From: Candidatus Bathyarchaeota archaeon | Lineage (GTDB): Archaea > Thermoproteota > Bathyarchaeia > Bathyarchaeales > DTEX01 | Length of the DNA: 37,134 nt | Reading direction: 5' to 3' | Assembly: GCA_021158305.1 (NCBI GenBank) | Contig: JAGGUU010000158.1 | Location: 1-37,134, forward strand | Part shown: piece after piece, positions 26,894 to 36,452 of the stretch | Layout: each line of letters opens with the position of its first letter | How positions within the stretch are numbered: position 1 is the first letter of the stretch | Program-made: the position numbers and the translations under genes | Notes under the pieces: model-generated | Databases searched by the model: none | Told to the model about the DNA's origin: nothing | What the model saw: the letters and a program-made list of their open reading frames with translations, nothing else

Positions 26894-28126
26894 TTATCCT
26901 AGTCCTATTTCATGAAGTAAGTGTTGCAACTTTAAAAGTGGAAGAAGAATCCTTAAGATTCTCCTCCTTCTAACAAGTTCCAAAATGACATTGCTTTGGA
27001 AATCCATGTCTCCCTCACGAGATATTACCTCTTGAAGCCCTTCCTTAATAATTAATTCGAAGCCCTTATCGATCATGCGGTCAGATAACGCATTGAGGAT
27101 CCGCCTAGCCAGAATCATATACTTGAACTCCCTACCAAGACTCTTTCTCCAAGATTCTTCATATAGTCTTAAAAAATCCTCGTCAAACCTTCCAAGATTT
27201 ACGGCTTCAGCTGCAACTTTGCCAGCGATTGCTCCGCAGAGCCCGCCTAAAATAACGCCGCCTCCGGTTGTAGGCTTAACTTGCCCTGCAGCGTCGCCAA
27301 CAATAAGTAAACGGTTGCTGAAAGTCTTTTCGATCGGTCCTGAAGTGATTATTGTCCCCGAGCGGGACGTAAGGATCTCATACTCTTCTCCCTTAAAGCG
27401 TCTCTCTATGAATCTTTGTAGAAGCTCCTTTGGATTAGCTTTCCTACAACCTAATCCAACCCTCGCCGAGTTGCTACTTAAGGGAATAACCCATGCAAAG
27501 AAACCAGGCGCAACCCTACTTCCAACGTGTACCTCAACATAGTTCGGATCCACATCTACTCCGTAGAGGTCTAGCTGGAAGCCTGGAAGAAAATGAGAGG
27601 GATTTGTAGATTTCAAACCAGCCGCTTTCACAATTCTTGATGATGCGCCTTCAGCATCGATAACTATGGACGCCTTAAAGACCCTCTTCTTAGATCTAGC
27701 AGCAACACATCCATTTTCTAATTGTATTTCTTGAACCCTGCTATTCAGCCTTATCTCCGCCCCTATCCTAGTAGCCTGAGACGCAAGGTACTTGTCAAAA
27801 GATGAACGATCAACGACGCATGCAACTGGACTTTGCTTTTCAACCTTGAAAGATAATCCAGAAGGAGAATGGAAAAATGCACCTCGAACCTTATTCTGCA
27901 CATAAGATCCATCCGCAGATATATTCAGCCTCTTCAGTCCTCTTAGGCTTAGCAATCCAGCACAGTGACATGGAACTCCTATCTCGGAGTCTTCCTCAAC
28001 AACTAAGACATCTACTCCTCTTCTGGCAGCTTCTCTCGCCGCGATGAGCCCCGACGGACCCGCTCCGATGATAAGTATCTGCCTCTCTTCAAAGGACAAT
28101 AAACTTTCCCCTTCTTCTCGCAACAA
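26894..28126 (-). CDS. Geranylgeranyl reductase family flavoprotein (second paralogue).
   Basis: 410 aa with a TTG start. The FAD fold is ILIIGAGPSGLIAAREAARRG. It also has CHCAGLLS and GDAAGQVKPTTGGGV. Confidence 0.8.
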   Translation of the reverse strand: MLREEGESLLSFEERQILIIGAGPSGLIAAREAARRGVDVLVVEEDSEIGVPCHCAGLLSLRGLKRLNISADGSYVQNKVRGAFFHSPSGLSFKVEKQSPVACVVDRSSFDKYLASQATRIGAEIRLNSRVQEIQLENGCVAARSKKRVFKASIVIDAEGASSRIVKAAGLKSTNPSHFLPGFQLDLYGVDVDPNYVEVHVGSRVAPGFFAWVIPLSSNSARVGLGCRKANPKELLQRFIERRFKGEEYEILTSRSGTIITSGPIEKTFSNRLLIVGDAAGQVKPTTGGGVILGGLCGAIAGKVAAEAVNLGRFDEDFLRLYEESWRKSLGREFKYMILARRILNALSDRMIDKGFELIIKEGLQEVISREGDMDFQSNVILELVRRRRILRILLPLLKLQHLLHEIGLG

Positions 28127-28271
28127 TATTCTCTAGATGTGCCCTAAACTTAAGTTTGACGAGAATCATCTATAGACGATGAGAGTGGAAAGTATTTAAG
28201 GTTAGACTCGGAGACGTAGTCTTTAAATACTTGTAGTTCTTTTTTACTGCGATTTCCGAGGAGGAGAAAAA

Positions 28272-28541
28272 ATGGCTAAGGTTCTAGTATCATTGAAGAT
28301 TTTTCCTTCCGACGTAACGGTCGATCTGGAAGATTTAAAAAAGAAGATTGAAGATTGTCTCCCGGACTTCGCATCTGTACACAAATTTGAGGAAGAGCCT
28401 GTAGCATTTGGACTTGTAGCAGTAATAGCTCATCTATTACTTCCCGAAGACAAGGCAGGCGGGCTCGATGAAGTTGAAGAAGCACTTAAAAAAGTAGATG
28501 AGATAGGCAACCTTCAGACATTGACCGTCCGAAGAGTATAA
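28272..28541 (+). CDS. ef1b: Elongation factor 1-beta (aEF-1beta).
   Basis: 89 aa. The sequence MAKVLVSLKIFPSDVTVDLEDLKKKIE...EEEPVAFGLVAVIAHLLLPE is the typical archaeal EF-1beta length and pattern. GAGGAGG lies upstream. Confidence 0.9.
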   Translation: MAKVLVSLKIFPSDVTVDLEDLKKKIEDCLPDFASVHKFEEEPVAFGLVAVIAHLLLPEDKAGGLDEVEEALKKVDEIGNLQTLTVRRV

Positions 28542-28616
28542 TTGTTCACTACGTTTATATATTCTCCCCTAATTCTTTTTGGTATAGAAGCCATCCTGTT
28601 AATGACGGTGAGCTGA

Positions 28617-30788
28617 ATGGTTGAGGTCCAGCTTAGAGTAGGTGATGCTAAACAGAGGGATGTAGCAAGGGGCATAGCAAGGATAGACCAGCGTACAATG
28701 GAAAAACTCCAAGTTTCAGCCGGAGACGTAATCGAGATAATCGGGAAGAGAAGAACATCCGCAATAGCTTGGCCAGCTTACTCTGAAGACCAAGGTAGAG
28801 GAATAATTCGAATTGATGGATTTACGCGTAAAAATGCTGGCGTTTCAATAAACGAGTATGTCATCGTGAGAAGAGCGGAGGTTAAGGATGCAATAAGTAT
28901 GGTTCTCGCTCCGATAGATATGCGCCTAAACGTCGACGAGGACTTCACAAACTTTGTCAAGAATAGACTTATGGAGAGAACCTTTGTTGAAGGAGATACA
29001 GCCCTAGTTATGATGCTTGGACATCCCGTTCAGTTCACCGTCATGAAGACTAGACCTCGTGGAATCGTTAGGTTAACTTATGATACGAAGCTTCAGATAC
29101 TATCTGAACCTGCTCCTGAAGCTAAGGGAGTTCCTCGAACTACGTATGAGGATATTGGAGGGCTTAAGGAGGAGATTCAGCGTCTAAGGGAAATGGTAGA
29201 GTTACCGATGAGGCATCCCGAGATCTTCCAGAGACTAGGCATAGATCCGCCTAAGGGAGTTCTTCTCCACGGTCCTCCTGGATGTGGAAAAACATTACTC
29301 GCAAGGGCTGTTGCAAACGAGTCTGACGCTAACTTCTTCTCTATAAATGGGCCTGAGATCATGAGTAAGTTCTATGGGGAGTCAGAAGCTAGGCTTCGAG
29401 AGATTTTCCAGCAGGCTGAAAAGAATGCACCAGCCATAATATTCATTGACGAACTTGATGCGATAGCGCCTAAACGCGAAGAGGTTACGGGTGAGGTTGA
29501 GAGAAGAGTTGTAGCGCAGCTTCTAGCCTTGCTTGACGGCTTAACGGGACGTGGAAACGTGATAGTCATAGGAGCGACTAATAGACCTAACGCCTTAGAT
29601 CCAGCACTTAGGAGGCCTGGAAGATTCGATAGAGAGATAGAGATAGGAATACCGGACAAGCAGGGAAGATATGAGATACTGCAGATCCATACAAGAGGGA
29701 TGCCTTTAGCTCCGGATGTCGACTTGAAGAAACTAGCTGAGATGACGCATGGATATACGGGTGCGGATCTCGCCGCCCTCTGCCGTGAAACGGCGATGAA
29801 GGCTCTACGCCGATACTTACCAGAGATAGATCTTGAACAGGAGAGGATTCCTCCAAGCGTCCTAGAGAAAATGGAGGTGAAGATGGAAGACTTCATAAAT
29901 GCCTATAGGGAGATCACGCCTACAGCCATGAGGGAAGTTGCAATAGAGGTTCCAACGGTCCATTGGGATGATGTCGGAGATCTTGAAGAAGTAAAGCAGG
30001 AACTTAAGGAATCAGTTGAGTGGCCACTTAAGAACCCCGAGGTCTTTAAGAGAATGGGCATCACCCCGCCCAAGGGCATCCTCCTATTTGGTCCTCCTGG
30101 ATGTGGAAAAACATTACTCGCAAGAGCAGTTGCTACCGAGAGTGAAGCAAACTTCATAAGTATTAAGGGACCGGAAGTCTTCTCAAAGTGGGTTGGCGAA
30201 TCTGAAAGAGCTATACGCGAAGTTTTCAGGAAGGCGAGAATGTCAGCTCCCGCCATAGTCTTCTTCGATGAAATCGATGCTCTTGTTCCTAGGAGAGGAG
30301 CCGGATACGCCGACAGCGGCGTTACCGAGAGAGTTATCAGCCAGCTGCTGACGGAGATAGACGGAATAGAGCCTCTACAGGAAGTGATCATTCTCGCGGC
30401 AACCAACAGACCTGATATATTAGATCCAGCCGTCCTTAGGCCGGGACGGTTAGACCGCATGATCTACGTTCCAGAACCAAACGAGGAAGGTAGGTATCAA
30501 ATCTTTAAGATACATACGAAGAATATGCCGCTTGCAGAGGATGTCGACCTTAGAGAGCTGGCTAGATTAACAAAGGGATACTCTGGAGCAGACATAGAGT
30601 CTGTCTGCCGAGAAGCCGCTTTAATAGCCCTTCGCAGAGATATAAACTCGAAAGAAGTTAGGTTCTCCGACTTTAGGGAGGCCTTAAAGAAGATAGGACC
30701 GAGTATAACTCCAGACATGGATAACTGGTACCGCAACTTCATGAAGCAAGCTAGAAAGGCCCAGAAGCCAGCGCCTCTAGTGGCGTAG
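28617..30788 (+). CDS. cdc48: CDC48/VCP-type AAA+ ATPase (N domain plus D1 plus D2).
   Basis: 723 aa. The N domain is RVGDAKQRDVARGIARID...GDVIEIIG. There are two Walker A motifs (GPPGCGKT, twice) and two Walker B motifs (IIFIDELD and IVFFDEID). Confidence 0.95.
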   Translation: MVEVQLRVGDAKQRDVARGIARIDQRTMEKLQVSAGDVIEIIGKRRTSAIAWPAYSEDQGRGIIRIDGFTRKNAGVSINEYVIVRRAEVKDAISMVLAPIDMRLNVDEDFTNFVKNRLMERTFVEGDTALVMMLGHPVQFTVMKTRPRGIVRLTYDTKLQILSEPAPEAKGVPRTTYEDIGGLKEEIQRLREMVELPMRHPEIFQRLGIDPPKGVLLHGPPGCGKTLLARAVANESDANFFSINGPEIMSKFYGESEARLREIFQQAEKNAPAIIFIDELDAIAPKREEVTGEVERRVVAQLLALLDGLTGRGNVIVIGATNRPNALDPALRRPGRFDREIEIGIPDKQGRYEILQIHTRGMPLAPDVDLKKLAEMTHGYTGADLAALCRETAMKALRRYLPEIDLEQERIPPSVLEKMEVKMEDFINAYREITPTAMREVAIEVPTVHWDDVGDLEEVKQELKESVEWPLKNPEVFKRMGITPPKGILLFGPPGCGKTLLARAVATESEANFISIKGPEVFSKWVGESERAIREVFRKARMSAPAIVFFDEIDALVPRRGAGYADSGVTERVISQLLTEIDGIEPLQEVIILAATNRPDILDPAVLRPGRLDRMIYVPEPNEEGRYQIFKIHTKNMPLAEDVDLRELARLTKGYSGADIESVCREAALIALRRDINSKEVRFSDFREALKKIGPSITPDMDNWYRNFMKQARKAQKPAPLVA

Positions 30789-30803
30789 GAATGAGGGATA
30801 ATC

Positions 30804-31043
30804 ATGGCAACGAGCACATGGAAGATCCATCCAATCTATTTAACTATAATTGAGATACTTCAGAAGAAAGGCTCAATGACGGATGAAGAGCTCCTAGAGA
30901 TGTTAAAGGCCTTCTATAAGGAGATAGGTCTAGACGATTTGAACAAAAACCTGATGGCGATGGAGATCTCCGGATTAATTCACGTCTCATCCTTAACTAA
31001 GGGAAGGAAACTAATCGAGCTGAAGAAAAATAGTTTTCAATAA
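30804..31043 (+). CDS. Small hypothetical protein, possibly winged-helix.
   Basis: 79 aa, starting 16 nt after the cdc48 stop. The composition looks coding (IIEILQKKGSMTDEELLEMLK...). I recognise no family. Confidence 0.45.
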   Translation: MATSTWKIHPIYLTIIEILQKKGSMTDEELLEMLKAFYKEIGLDDLNKNLMAMEISGLIHVSSLTKGRKLIELKKNSFQ

Positions 31044-31229
31044 TTTGGAAACAGACCGAAACTTCTAATAGATCGTTATCTCCAGCATCTAGATTTAAGT
31101 CATCTTTGAATATCTATAAATACTTATATGCCTAGCATATATTCACTAAATTGCGCATATTAAAATATCCATCATGATCAGCATAGATCCTGACATAAGT
31201 GGAAGGATACTATCGAGAAGGCAAGAGAA

Positions 31230-31925
31230 ATGACATTCCGCAGCTCATTCCTCCGATTGTTTAGACGGAGGGAGAAAGAGACTCTTCGTCTTCTCACGGA
31301 GTATCTAGACTCCGTATTTAAGGTTGTAGAAGAATTTAGAACCCTCATATCATCTCTTATAAGCGGGGACATAGTCTTAAGTTCGCCAAGCACATTTGAA
31401 GCTAAAATAGACTTGATATCAGTATATGAGTCTCTAGCAGATGATCTATACCTTAAATCTCTAATAACTCTTTGTGAAGGAGCCTTCTTCTCTGGTCTAC
31501 GTGAGGACTTTATAAGATTATTGAACAGCATAGATGACATAGCAGACTACGCCAAGGACTCCTCTCAGATTCTAGCTAGAAGCAGACTTGACAAGATGCT
31601 GAGAAAATGCAGCACTGGCGGAGATGTCTCATTTAATCTTTTCTTAGATAAGGTTGTGAAGACAGTTGAAGTTTTAAGAAGCGCCGTCTATGACTTGGAG
31701 AAAAACTCTGCCGCCGTCATTAAGAAATCTATAAAGGTGAAGGAGCTAGAGGAGGAGGCTGACGATATAAAATGGAAACTGCTGAGGGCAATATTTTCTC
31801 GTGAGATAGACTCATTAACACTCCTAGAACTCAAAGACCTTGTTTTAACAATCGATGGTATAGCTGATTCAGCAGCTCAGTCCTCAGAGATACTTATCAC
31901 AATAGTGATGAAGGCGAGAGCCTAG
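31230..31925 (+). CDS. DUF47/TIGR00153 PhoU-like phosphate transport regulator.
   Basis: 231 aa and all-helical. It abuts the PiT transporter gene (stop TAG 31923-31925, next ATG at 31926), which is the conserved DUF47-PiT arrangement. Confidence 0.75.
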   Translation: MTFRSSFLRLFRRREKETLRLLTEYLDSVFKVVEEFRTLISSLISGDIVLSSPSTFEAKIDLISVYESLADDLYLKSLITLCEGAFFSGLREDFIRLLNSIDDIADYAKDSSQILARSRLDKMLRKCSTGGDVSFNLFLDKVVKTVEVLRSAVYDLEKNSAAVIKKSIKVKELEEEADDIKWKLLRAIFSREIDSLTLLELKDLVLTIDGIADSAAQSSEILITIVMKARA

Positions 31926-32864
31926 ATGTCGATCAGCTTATTTCTCTTATTCGTCACAGGCTTATTCCTCAGCGCTATTTTAGGAGCAAATAATGCCTCG
32001 GCTTGCTTCGGGGCAAATGTAGGTGCAGGATTCGTCAGATATAGAACAGCGGCCATCTTAGCTGCTTTAGGGGTCTTCTTGGGAGTAATTATTGAAGGAG
32101 CGAAGCTTTCCAGAGCAGTATATCACGGAGTTCTGGGAGAAGTAAGCATGGAAGCTATGACTATAATTATGGTAACCGCTATGATTATCATAGGAGTCGC
32201 AACAATTTTTCGTCTACCTCTTTCATTATCTGAAAGCCTAATAGGATCCGCCGTCGGGATCGGGATTGGAAGCCAGATAAATGTAAACTGGAGATTCACA
32301 CTGACAGTATTCGCGTTTTGGGTCATAAATCCATTCTTTTCCGCTATTCTATCAGTAGCAATCTGCAGAATGTTGTCTTACGCTACTTCGCGTGTCAAGA
32401 ACATCTTAACACTTAATTACATATATGGGAAGGTAGCGTCAGCTCTATCGTTTTATGTAGCATATGTTCTAGGCGCGAATACCTTGGGATTAGTGAGCGG
32501 AATCTACGCTCCTTTCATGCCGATAAAAGAGATAATTCCGCTGCTCTTCGGGTTAGCGGCGGCTCTGGGCATATACTTTTTAAGCAGAGGAATAACGGAA
32601 TCTGTCGGAAGGGAAATAATCGGTTTAAGTCCTGTTACGGCTCTTGTCTCACAGCTCAGCGGAGCGATAACCGTGCATCTCTTCACACAGTTTGGGCTTC
32701 CAGTATCGATTACCCAAGCTCAGGTAGGAGGAATACTGGGAATAGGAGTAGCGAAAAGAATAGTTTTTATGAATAAACGTAAAACTAGGAATATCATATT
32801 TGGGTGGATGCTGGCGCCGCTGGTCGGCGCAATTATCTCATGGCTACTCTCCTACACAATCTAG
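31926..32864 (+). CDS. pitA: Inorganic phosphate transporter, PiT family.
   Basis: 312 aa and polytopic. It has an N-terminal GANNASACFGANVGAG (GANDxAN-like) motif and a repeated C-terminal half. Confidence 0.8.
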   Translation: MSISLFLLFVTGLFLSAILGANNASACFGANVGAGFVRYRTAAILAALGVFLGVIIEGAKLSRAVYHGVLGEVSMEAMTIIMVTAMIIIGVATIFRLPLSLSESLIGSAVGIGIGSQINVNWRFTLTVFAFWVINPFFSAILSVAICRMLSYATSRVKNILTLNYIYGKVASALSFYVAYVLGANTLGLVSGIYAPFMPIKEIIPLLFGLAAALGIYFLSRGITESVGREIIGLSPVTALVSQLSGAITVHLFTQFGLPVSITQAQVGGILGIGVAKRIVFMNKRKTRNIIFGWMLAPLVGAIISWLLSYTI

Positions 32865-32874
32865 TCAGGAGATT

Positions 32875-33573
32875 TTACCCCTCTAAGAAAACCTCAACCC
32901 TCACCCTGTTTCCATCCTTCAGCCCTAGAACGTTCCTTAGATGCTTCGGGGCGATAACCTCGATGACTGAACTATCATAATGGGTCCTTAACGCCAAGAT
33001 TACCGCTCCCTTTTCTTTCCCATTTACTCGAGCCAAGAAACACTTCACAGGCCCATACGTTCTGTTTGCATCGCTAAATCCATGAATCTCTATTCCACTT
33101 CTGACCTCAAGCTCCCTCCTCATCTGAATATCATACTCGGAGGTTAATTTCAAATTTAGAGTTCCGGGATAAGGGTCAAAACCTAGCTTCTCAATAAACT
33201 GTTTCCTGTAAGGCTCACGTGTAACATAATAGGCGCCTTCACCAAGCCCGCTGAAAACCGTCCCTTCAATAATTATCGGTGATGGTTTCCTCTCAAAGAT
33301 GAAGTTCAGAGCGGCACGTACCTTCCTCAACTGTAAATCTCCAAGATCAGTTATGCGGATGAAGCTTCCCTCACGCGTAGCAGTCCGCCTTATCCAGCCT
33401 ATACGTTCCAAGCTGATGAGGTATCTGGAGATGGTTTGCTGAGAGAGATCGAGCTTCTCAGCCAGAAACTTAGTTGATAGTTTAACGGTTTTTTCCCGAG
33501 CGCCCAGTTCGGCTAGAACATATAGCACAAAGAAGTAATCCTGTAATGTCTTTGTTATTTTTAGATTGTTCAA
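32875..33573 (-). CDS. ribK: CTP-dependent riboflavin kinase fused to an N-terminal winged-helix DNA-binding domain (RbkR-like).
   Basis: 232 aa with a TTG start. The HTH is LAEKLDLSQQTISRYLISLERIGWI. The archaeal RibK core is FSGLGEGAYYV...PYPGTLNLKL...RTHYDSSVIEVIAP. Confidence 0.85.
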   Translation of the reverse strand: MNNLKITKTLQDYFFVLYVLAELGAREKTVKLSTKFLAEKLDLSQQTISRYLISLERIGWIRRTATREGSFIRITDLGDLQLRKVRAALNFIFERKPSPIIIEGTVFSGLGEGAYYVTREPYRKQFIEKLGFDPYPGTLNLKLTSEYDIQMRRELEVRSGIEIHGFSDANRTYGPVKCFLARVNGKEKGAVILALRTHYDSSVIEVIAPKHLRNVLGLKDGNRVRVEVFLEG

Positions 33574-33690
33574 TCCCTTTGATCCTCCATTGAATTAAAC
33601 GGGCGGCTGGATTCACGCAGGTGCCTTGAATCCTTCAGCAACAATATCCATATATTGCCTTATGCTCTTATCTATTTTCGTGAATCATTA

Positions 33691-34485
33691 ATGGAAAATG
33701 TGAAAATATACGAGAAACCTACATTTCGTTCTTCACAAATGATCATAGGAATGGATGGGTGGGTTAATGCTGGAAAGGTCTCAACATTCTCGGTCAAGTA
33801 TCTAGTAGATAAGCTAGAGGCAAAGAGATTCGGCGAGATTCTTCAAGGAGAATTCCACGATTACTCGATTCAGAGACCTCACGTCTCGATAAAGGAAGGG
33901 TTGATACGATCTTACATTCCTCCCCAGAGCGTATTTTACTACTGGAAGGGAAGGGAAGGTTTAAACCTCATACTGCTTCTGGGCGTCGAGCCATACGTGA
34001 ATTGGCCCAAATACGCAGACGCCATTCTTAAAGTAGCTGAAGAGATGAATGTTGAACGCATATACACGATAGGCGGATACCTCGCCAACATAACTCTAGA
34101 TGAAGAGACGCTGATAAGTTCAACGACAAATAATGAGAAGTTACTCGACGAGCTAAAAAAGATAGGTTCCGTACTGACCCAATACTCCGGCCCCACAAGC
34201 ATATATAGCGAAATTATGTGGAAATGCAAAACAAAAGGAATCGATGTGGTAAGTCTATGGAGCGCCGTTCCAGCATACATTGATGGAGTATATCCAAAAG
34301 CCGCATATTATATTCTCAAAAAGATAGTTGCTTTAACAGGGCTGAACATCGACTTAACAGATCTGAAGAGAAAAGCTGAATCCTTCAGATCATCCCTAGA
34401 GAGGAGAATCATAAAACAGTCTGAACTCCGTAGGCTTCTAAAAAACTTGGGAAAGGAAGAAAGGAAACCAACATATATACTATAA
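33691..34485 (+). CDS. PAC2 (proteasome assembly chaperone) family protein.
   Basis: The ORF is open from 33655. The ATG at 33691 gives MENVKIYEKP...MIIGMDGWVNAGKVSTFSVKYLV, a typical PAC2 N-terminus. Confidence 0.75.
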   Translation: MENVKIYEKPTFRSSQMIIGMDGWVNAGKVSTFSVKYLVDKLEAKRFGEILQGEFHDYSIQRPHVSIKEGLIRSYIPPQSVFYYWKGREGLNLILLLGVEPYVNWPKYADAILKVAEEMNVERIYTIGGYLANITLDEETLISSTTNNEKLLDELKKIGSVLTQYSGPTSIYSEIMWKCKTKGIDVVSLWSAVPAYIDGVYPKAAYYILKKIVALTGLNIDLTDLKRKAESFRSSLERRIIKQSELRRLLKNLGKEERKPTYIL

Positions 34486-34642
34486 AAGCATCTTAGAAAA
34501 ATGGATATATGGCATCCCTAATTATTCATGCGTGTATATTCTTAGGCAATCAAACATCGTAAACGTTTATATTATTCCCCCTCTATTTGAAAAGTACAAG
34601 ATAGCCAAAAACAGGATGAATGCTTTAGGAGATTGAAGACCG

Positions 34643-35653
34643 GTGGGCCACAGAAAGAAGCACGCCCCTAAAAGAGGATCCTTGGCCTATCTGCCTAGAG
34701 GACGTGCTGCACGTCCTATTGGAAGAATAAGATATTGGCCCGAGGTTGATGAGGGACCGGTCTTACTCGGCTTCGCCGGGTACAAGGCCGGCATGACACA
34801 TGTCATTATGGTCGAGGATAAGCCGCGTTCCCCAAATTATGGGCAGGAAGTCGCATATCCAGTTACAATAATTGACACTCCGCCCATGTTCATCTGTGCC
34901 GTGAGAGCCTACACCAAGGATGAGTATGGATTGAAGACTCTAACGGAGGCCTGGGCCGAATCTTTACCTAAGGATTTTGAGAGGCTTAAGGGAGTGCCGA
35001 GGAATCCTAATACTGAGGAATCCCTAAATAAGATTCAAAAGAACCTTAAGGAAGTAGTTGAATTCAGGGTTATAGCTGCAACCCAGCCTAGGCTAGCCAG
35101 AGTACCGAAGAAGAAACCTGACATCATGGAGATTAAAGTCGGCGGTGGATCAATAGAGGAACAGTTCGAGTATATCAAGAAGATTTTAGGCAAGACCATC
35201 AGCGTCAACGAGGTCTTCAAAGAAGGACAGTTCGTAGACGTAATTGCTGTCACCAAAGGGAAGGGGTGGCAGGGAGTCGTGAAGAGATGGGGAGTAAAGA
35301 TTCTAAGTCACAAAGCTAGGAAGACTAAGAGAGGAGTTGCCGCTCTTGGACCTTGGAAGCCGCCGAGAGTTCTGTACACTGTTCCGAGACCTGGACAGAT
35401 GGGTTATCATCAGAGAACCGAATTCAACAAGCGTATCCTAAAGATAGGTGAGAATGGAGAAGAAGTTACTCCTAAAGGCGGATTTCTAAGATACGGCCCC
35501 GTGAAAGGCATGTACCTTATGCTTAAAGGAAGCGTCCCGGGACCAGCTAAGCGTCTAATAAGATTGAGATATCCAGCACGTCCGCCAAAAGAAGTCAGTG
35601 AGGCTCCTCCAGAAATAACTTATGTTGCGCTGGAGTCTCTACAGGGCGTCTAA
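34643..35653 (+). CDS. rpl3: 50S ribosomal protein L3 (uL3).
   Basis: 336 aa with a GTG start. It has MGHRKKHAPKRGSLAYLPR and VTKGKGWQGVVKRWG. Confidence 0.95.
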   Translation: MGHRKKHAPKRGSLAYLPRGRAARPIGRIRYWPEVDEGPVLLGFAGYKAGMTHVIMVEDKPRSPNYGQEVAYPVTIIDTPPMFICAVRAYTKDEYGLKTLTEAWAESLPKDFERLKGVPRNPNTEESLNKIQKNLKEVVEFRVIAATQPRLARVPKKKPDIMEIKVGGGSIEEQFEYIKKILGKTISVNEVFKEGQFVDVIAVTKGKGWQGVVKRWGVKILSHKARKTKRGVAALGPWKPPRVLYTVPRPGQMGYHQRTEFNKRILKIGENGEEVTPKGGFLRYGPVKGMYLMLKGSVPGPAKRLIRLRYPARPPKEVSEAPPEITYVALESLQGV

Positions 35654-35669
35654 GTGAGGTGACAAGATA

Positions 35670-36452
35670 ATGAGCAGGTTTATCTCAATCTTTAACTTGG
35701 AAGGCAAGAAAGCTGGAAGAATAAAGCTTCCAAGCATCTTCGATTATAGCTTGAGACCAGACGTTATTAAAAGAGCAGTCGTCGCTATTCAATCCCATAG
35801 AATCCAGCCTCAAGGAAGGGATGTTATGGCTGGAAAGAGGACAACCGCCGAATCCTGGGGAGCGGGGTATGGAATTGCCAGGGTTCCTAGAGTTAAAGGG
35901 TCGAGGAGAGCCGCCTTCGCTCCTGGAACAGTTGGAGGTAGAAGAACTCATCCTCCGGTTGTTGAGAAGAAGATAAGCAAGAAGATTCCAAAGAAGGAGA
36001 AGCGTCTTGCATTGTTCTCCGCCATAGCCGCAACGGGATCTAAAGAGATCGTGTCCAGAAGAGGACATGTGATTGATGAAGTACCAGCGCTACCCTTAGT
36101 GGTAACCGATGACCTTCAAAATCTTAAGAGAACACAGGATGTTAAGGAGGCATTCATTAAGTTAGGTCTCTGGCCTGATATTTCCCGAGTGAAGGAAAGC
36201 ATAAAGGTCCGGGCTGGAAAAGGGAAGATGCGTGGAAGAAGAAAGAAGATGGGAGTAGGCCCATTAATAGTTATATCTGAGGATGGAGGCATAGTTAAGG
36301 CTGCTAGGAACATACCTGGAGTCGATGTATCCTTCGTTAAGGATCTGAATCCCGAAATACTTGCTCCGGGAACTCATCCTGGAAGACTAACTGTGTGGAC
36401 GAAGTCCAGCATTGAGGAGCTTAAAGAATGGAATGGAGGACGCGGGACATGA
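35670..36452 (+). CDS. rpl4: 50S ribosomal protein L4 (uL4).
   Basis: 260 aa. It has QPQGRDVMAGKRTTAESWGAGYGIARVPR and sits between L3 and L23. Confidence 0.95.
   Translation: MSRFISIFNLEGKKAGRIKLPSIFDYSLRPDVIKRAVVAIQSHRIQPQGRDVMAGKRTTAESWGAGYGIARVPRVKGSRRAAFAPGTVGGRRTHPPVVEKKISKKIPKKEKRLALFSAIAATGSKEIVSRRGHVIDEVPALPLVVTDDLQNLKRTQDVKEAFIKLGLWPDISRVKESIKVRAGKGKMRGRRKKMGVGPLIVISEDGGIVKAARNIPGVDVSFVKDLNPEILAPGTHPGRLTVWTKSSIEELKEWNGGRGT

Noticed and set aside
29372-30460. Two long minus-strand ORFs (174 aa and 185 aa) inside cdc48. Similar antisense ORFs occur at 6408-6926, 11694-12335, 16464-16877, 19523-20394 and 27075-27542.
   Set aside because: All lie antisense to genes with strong family motifs. 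They are Ser/Leu/Arg/Pro-rich, as expected for reverse frames, and carry no recognisable domains.
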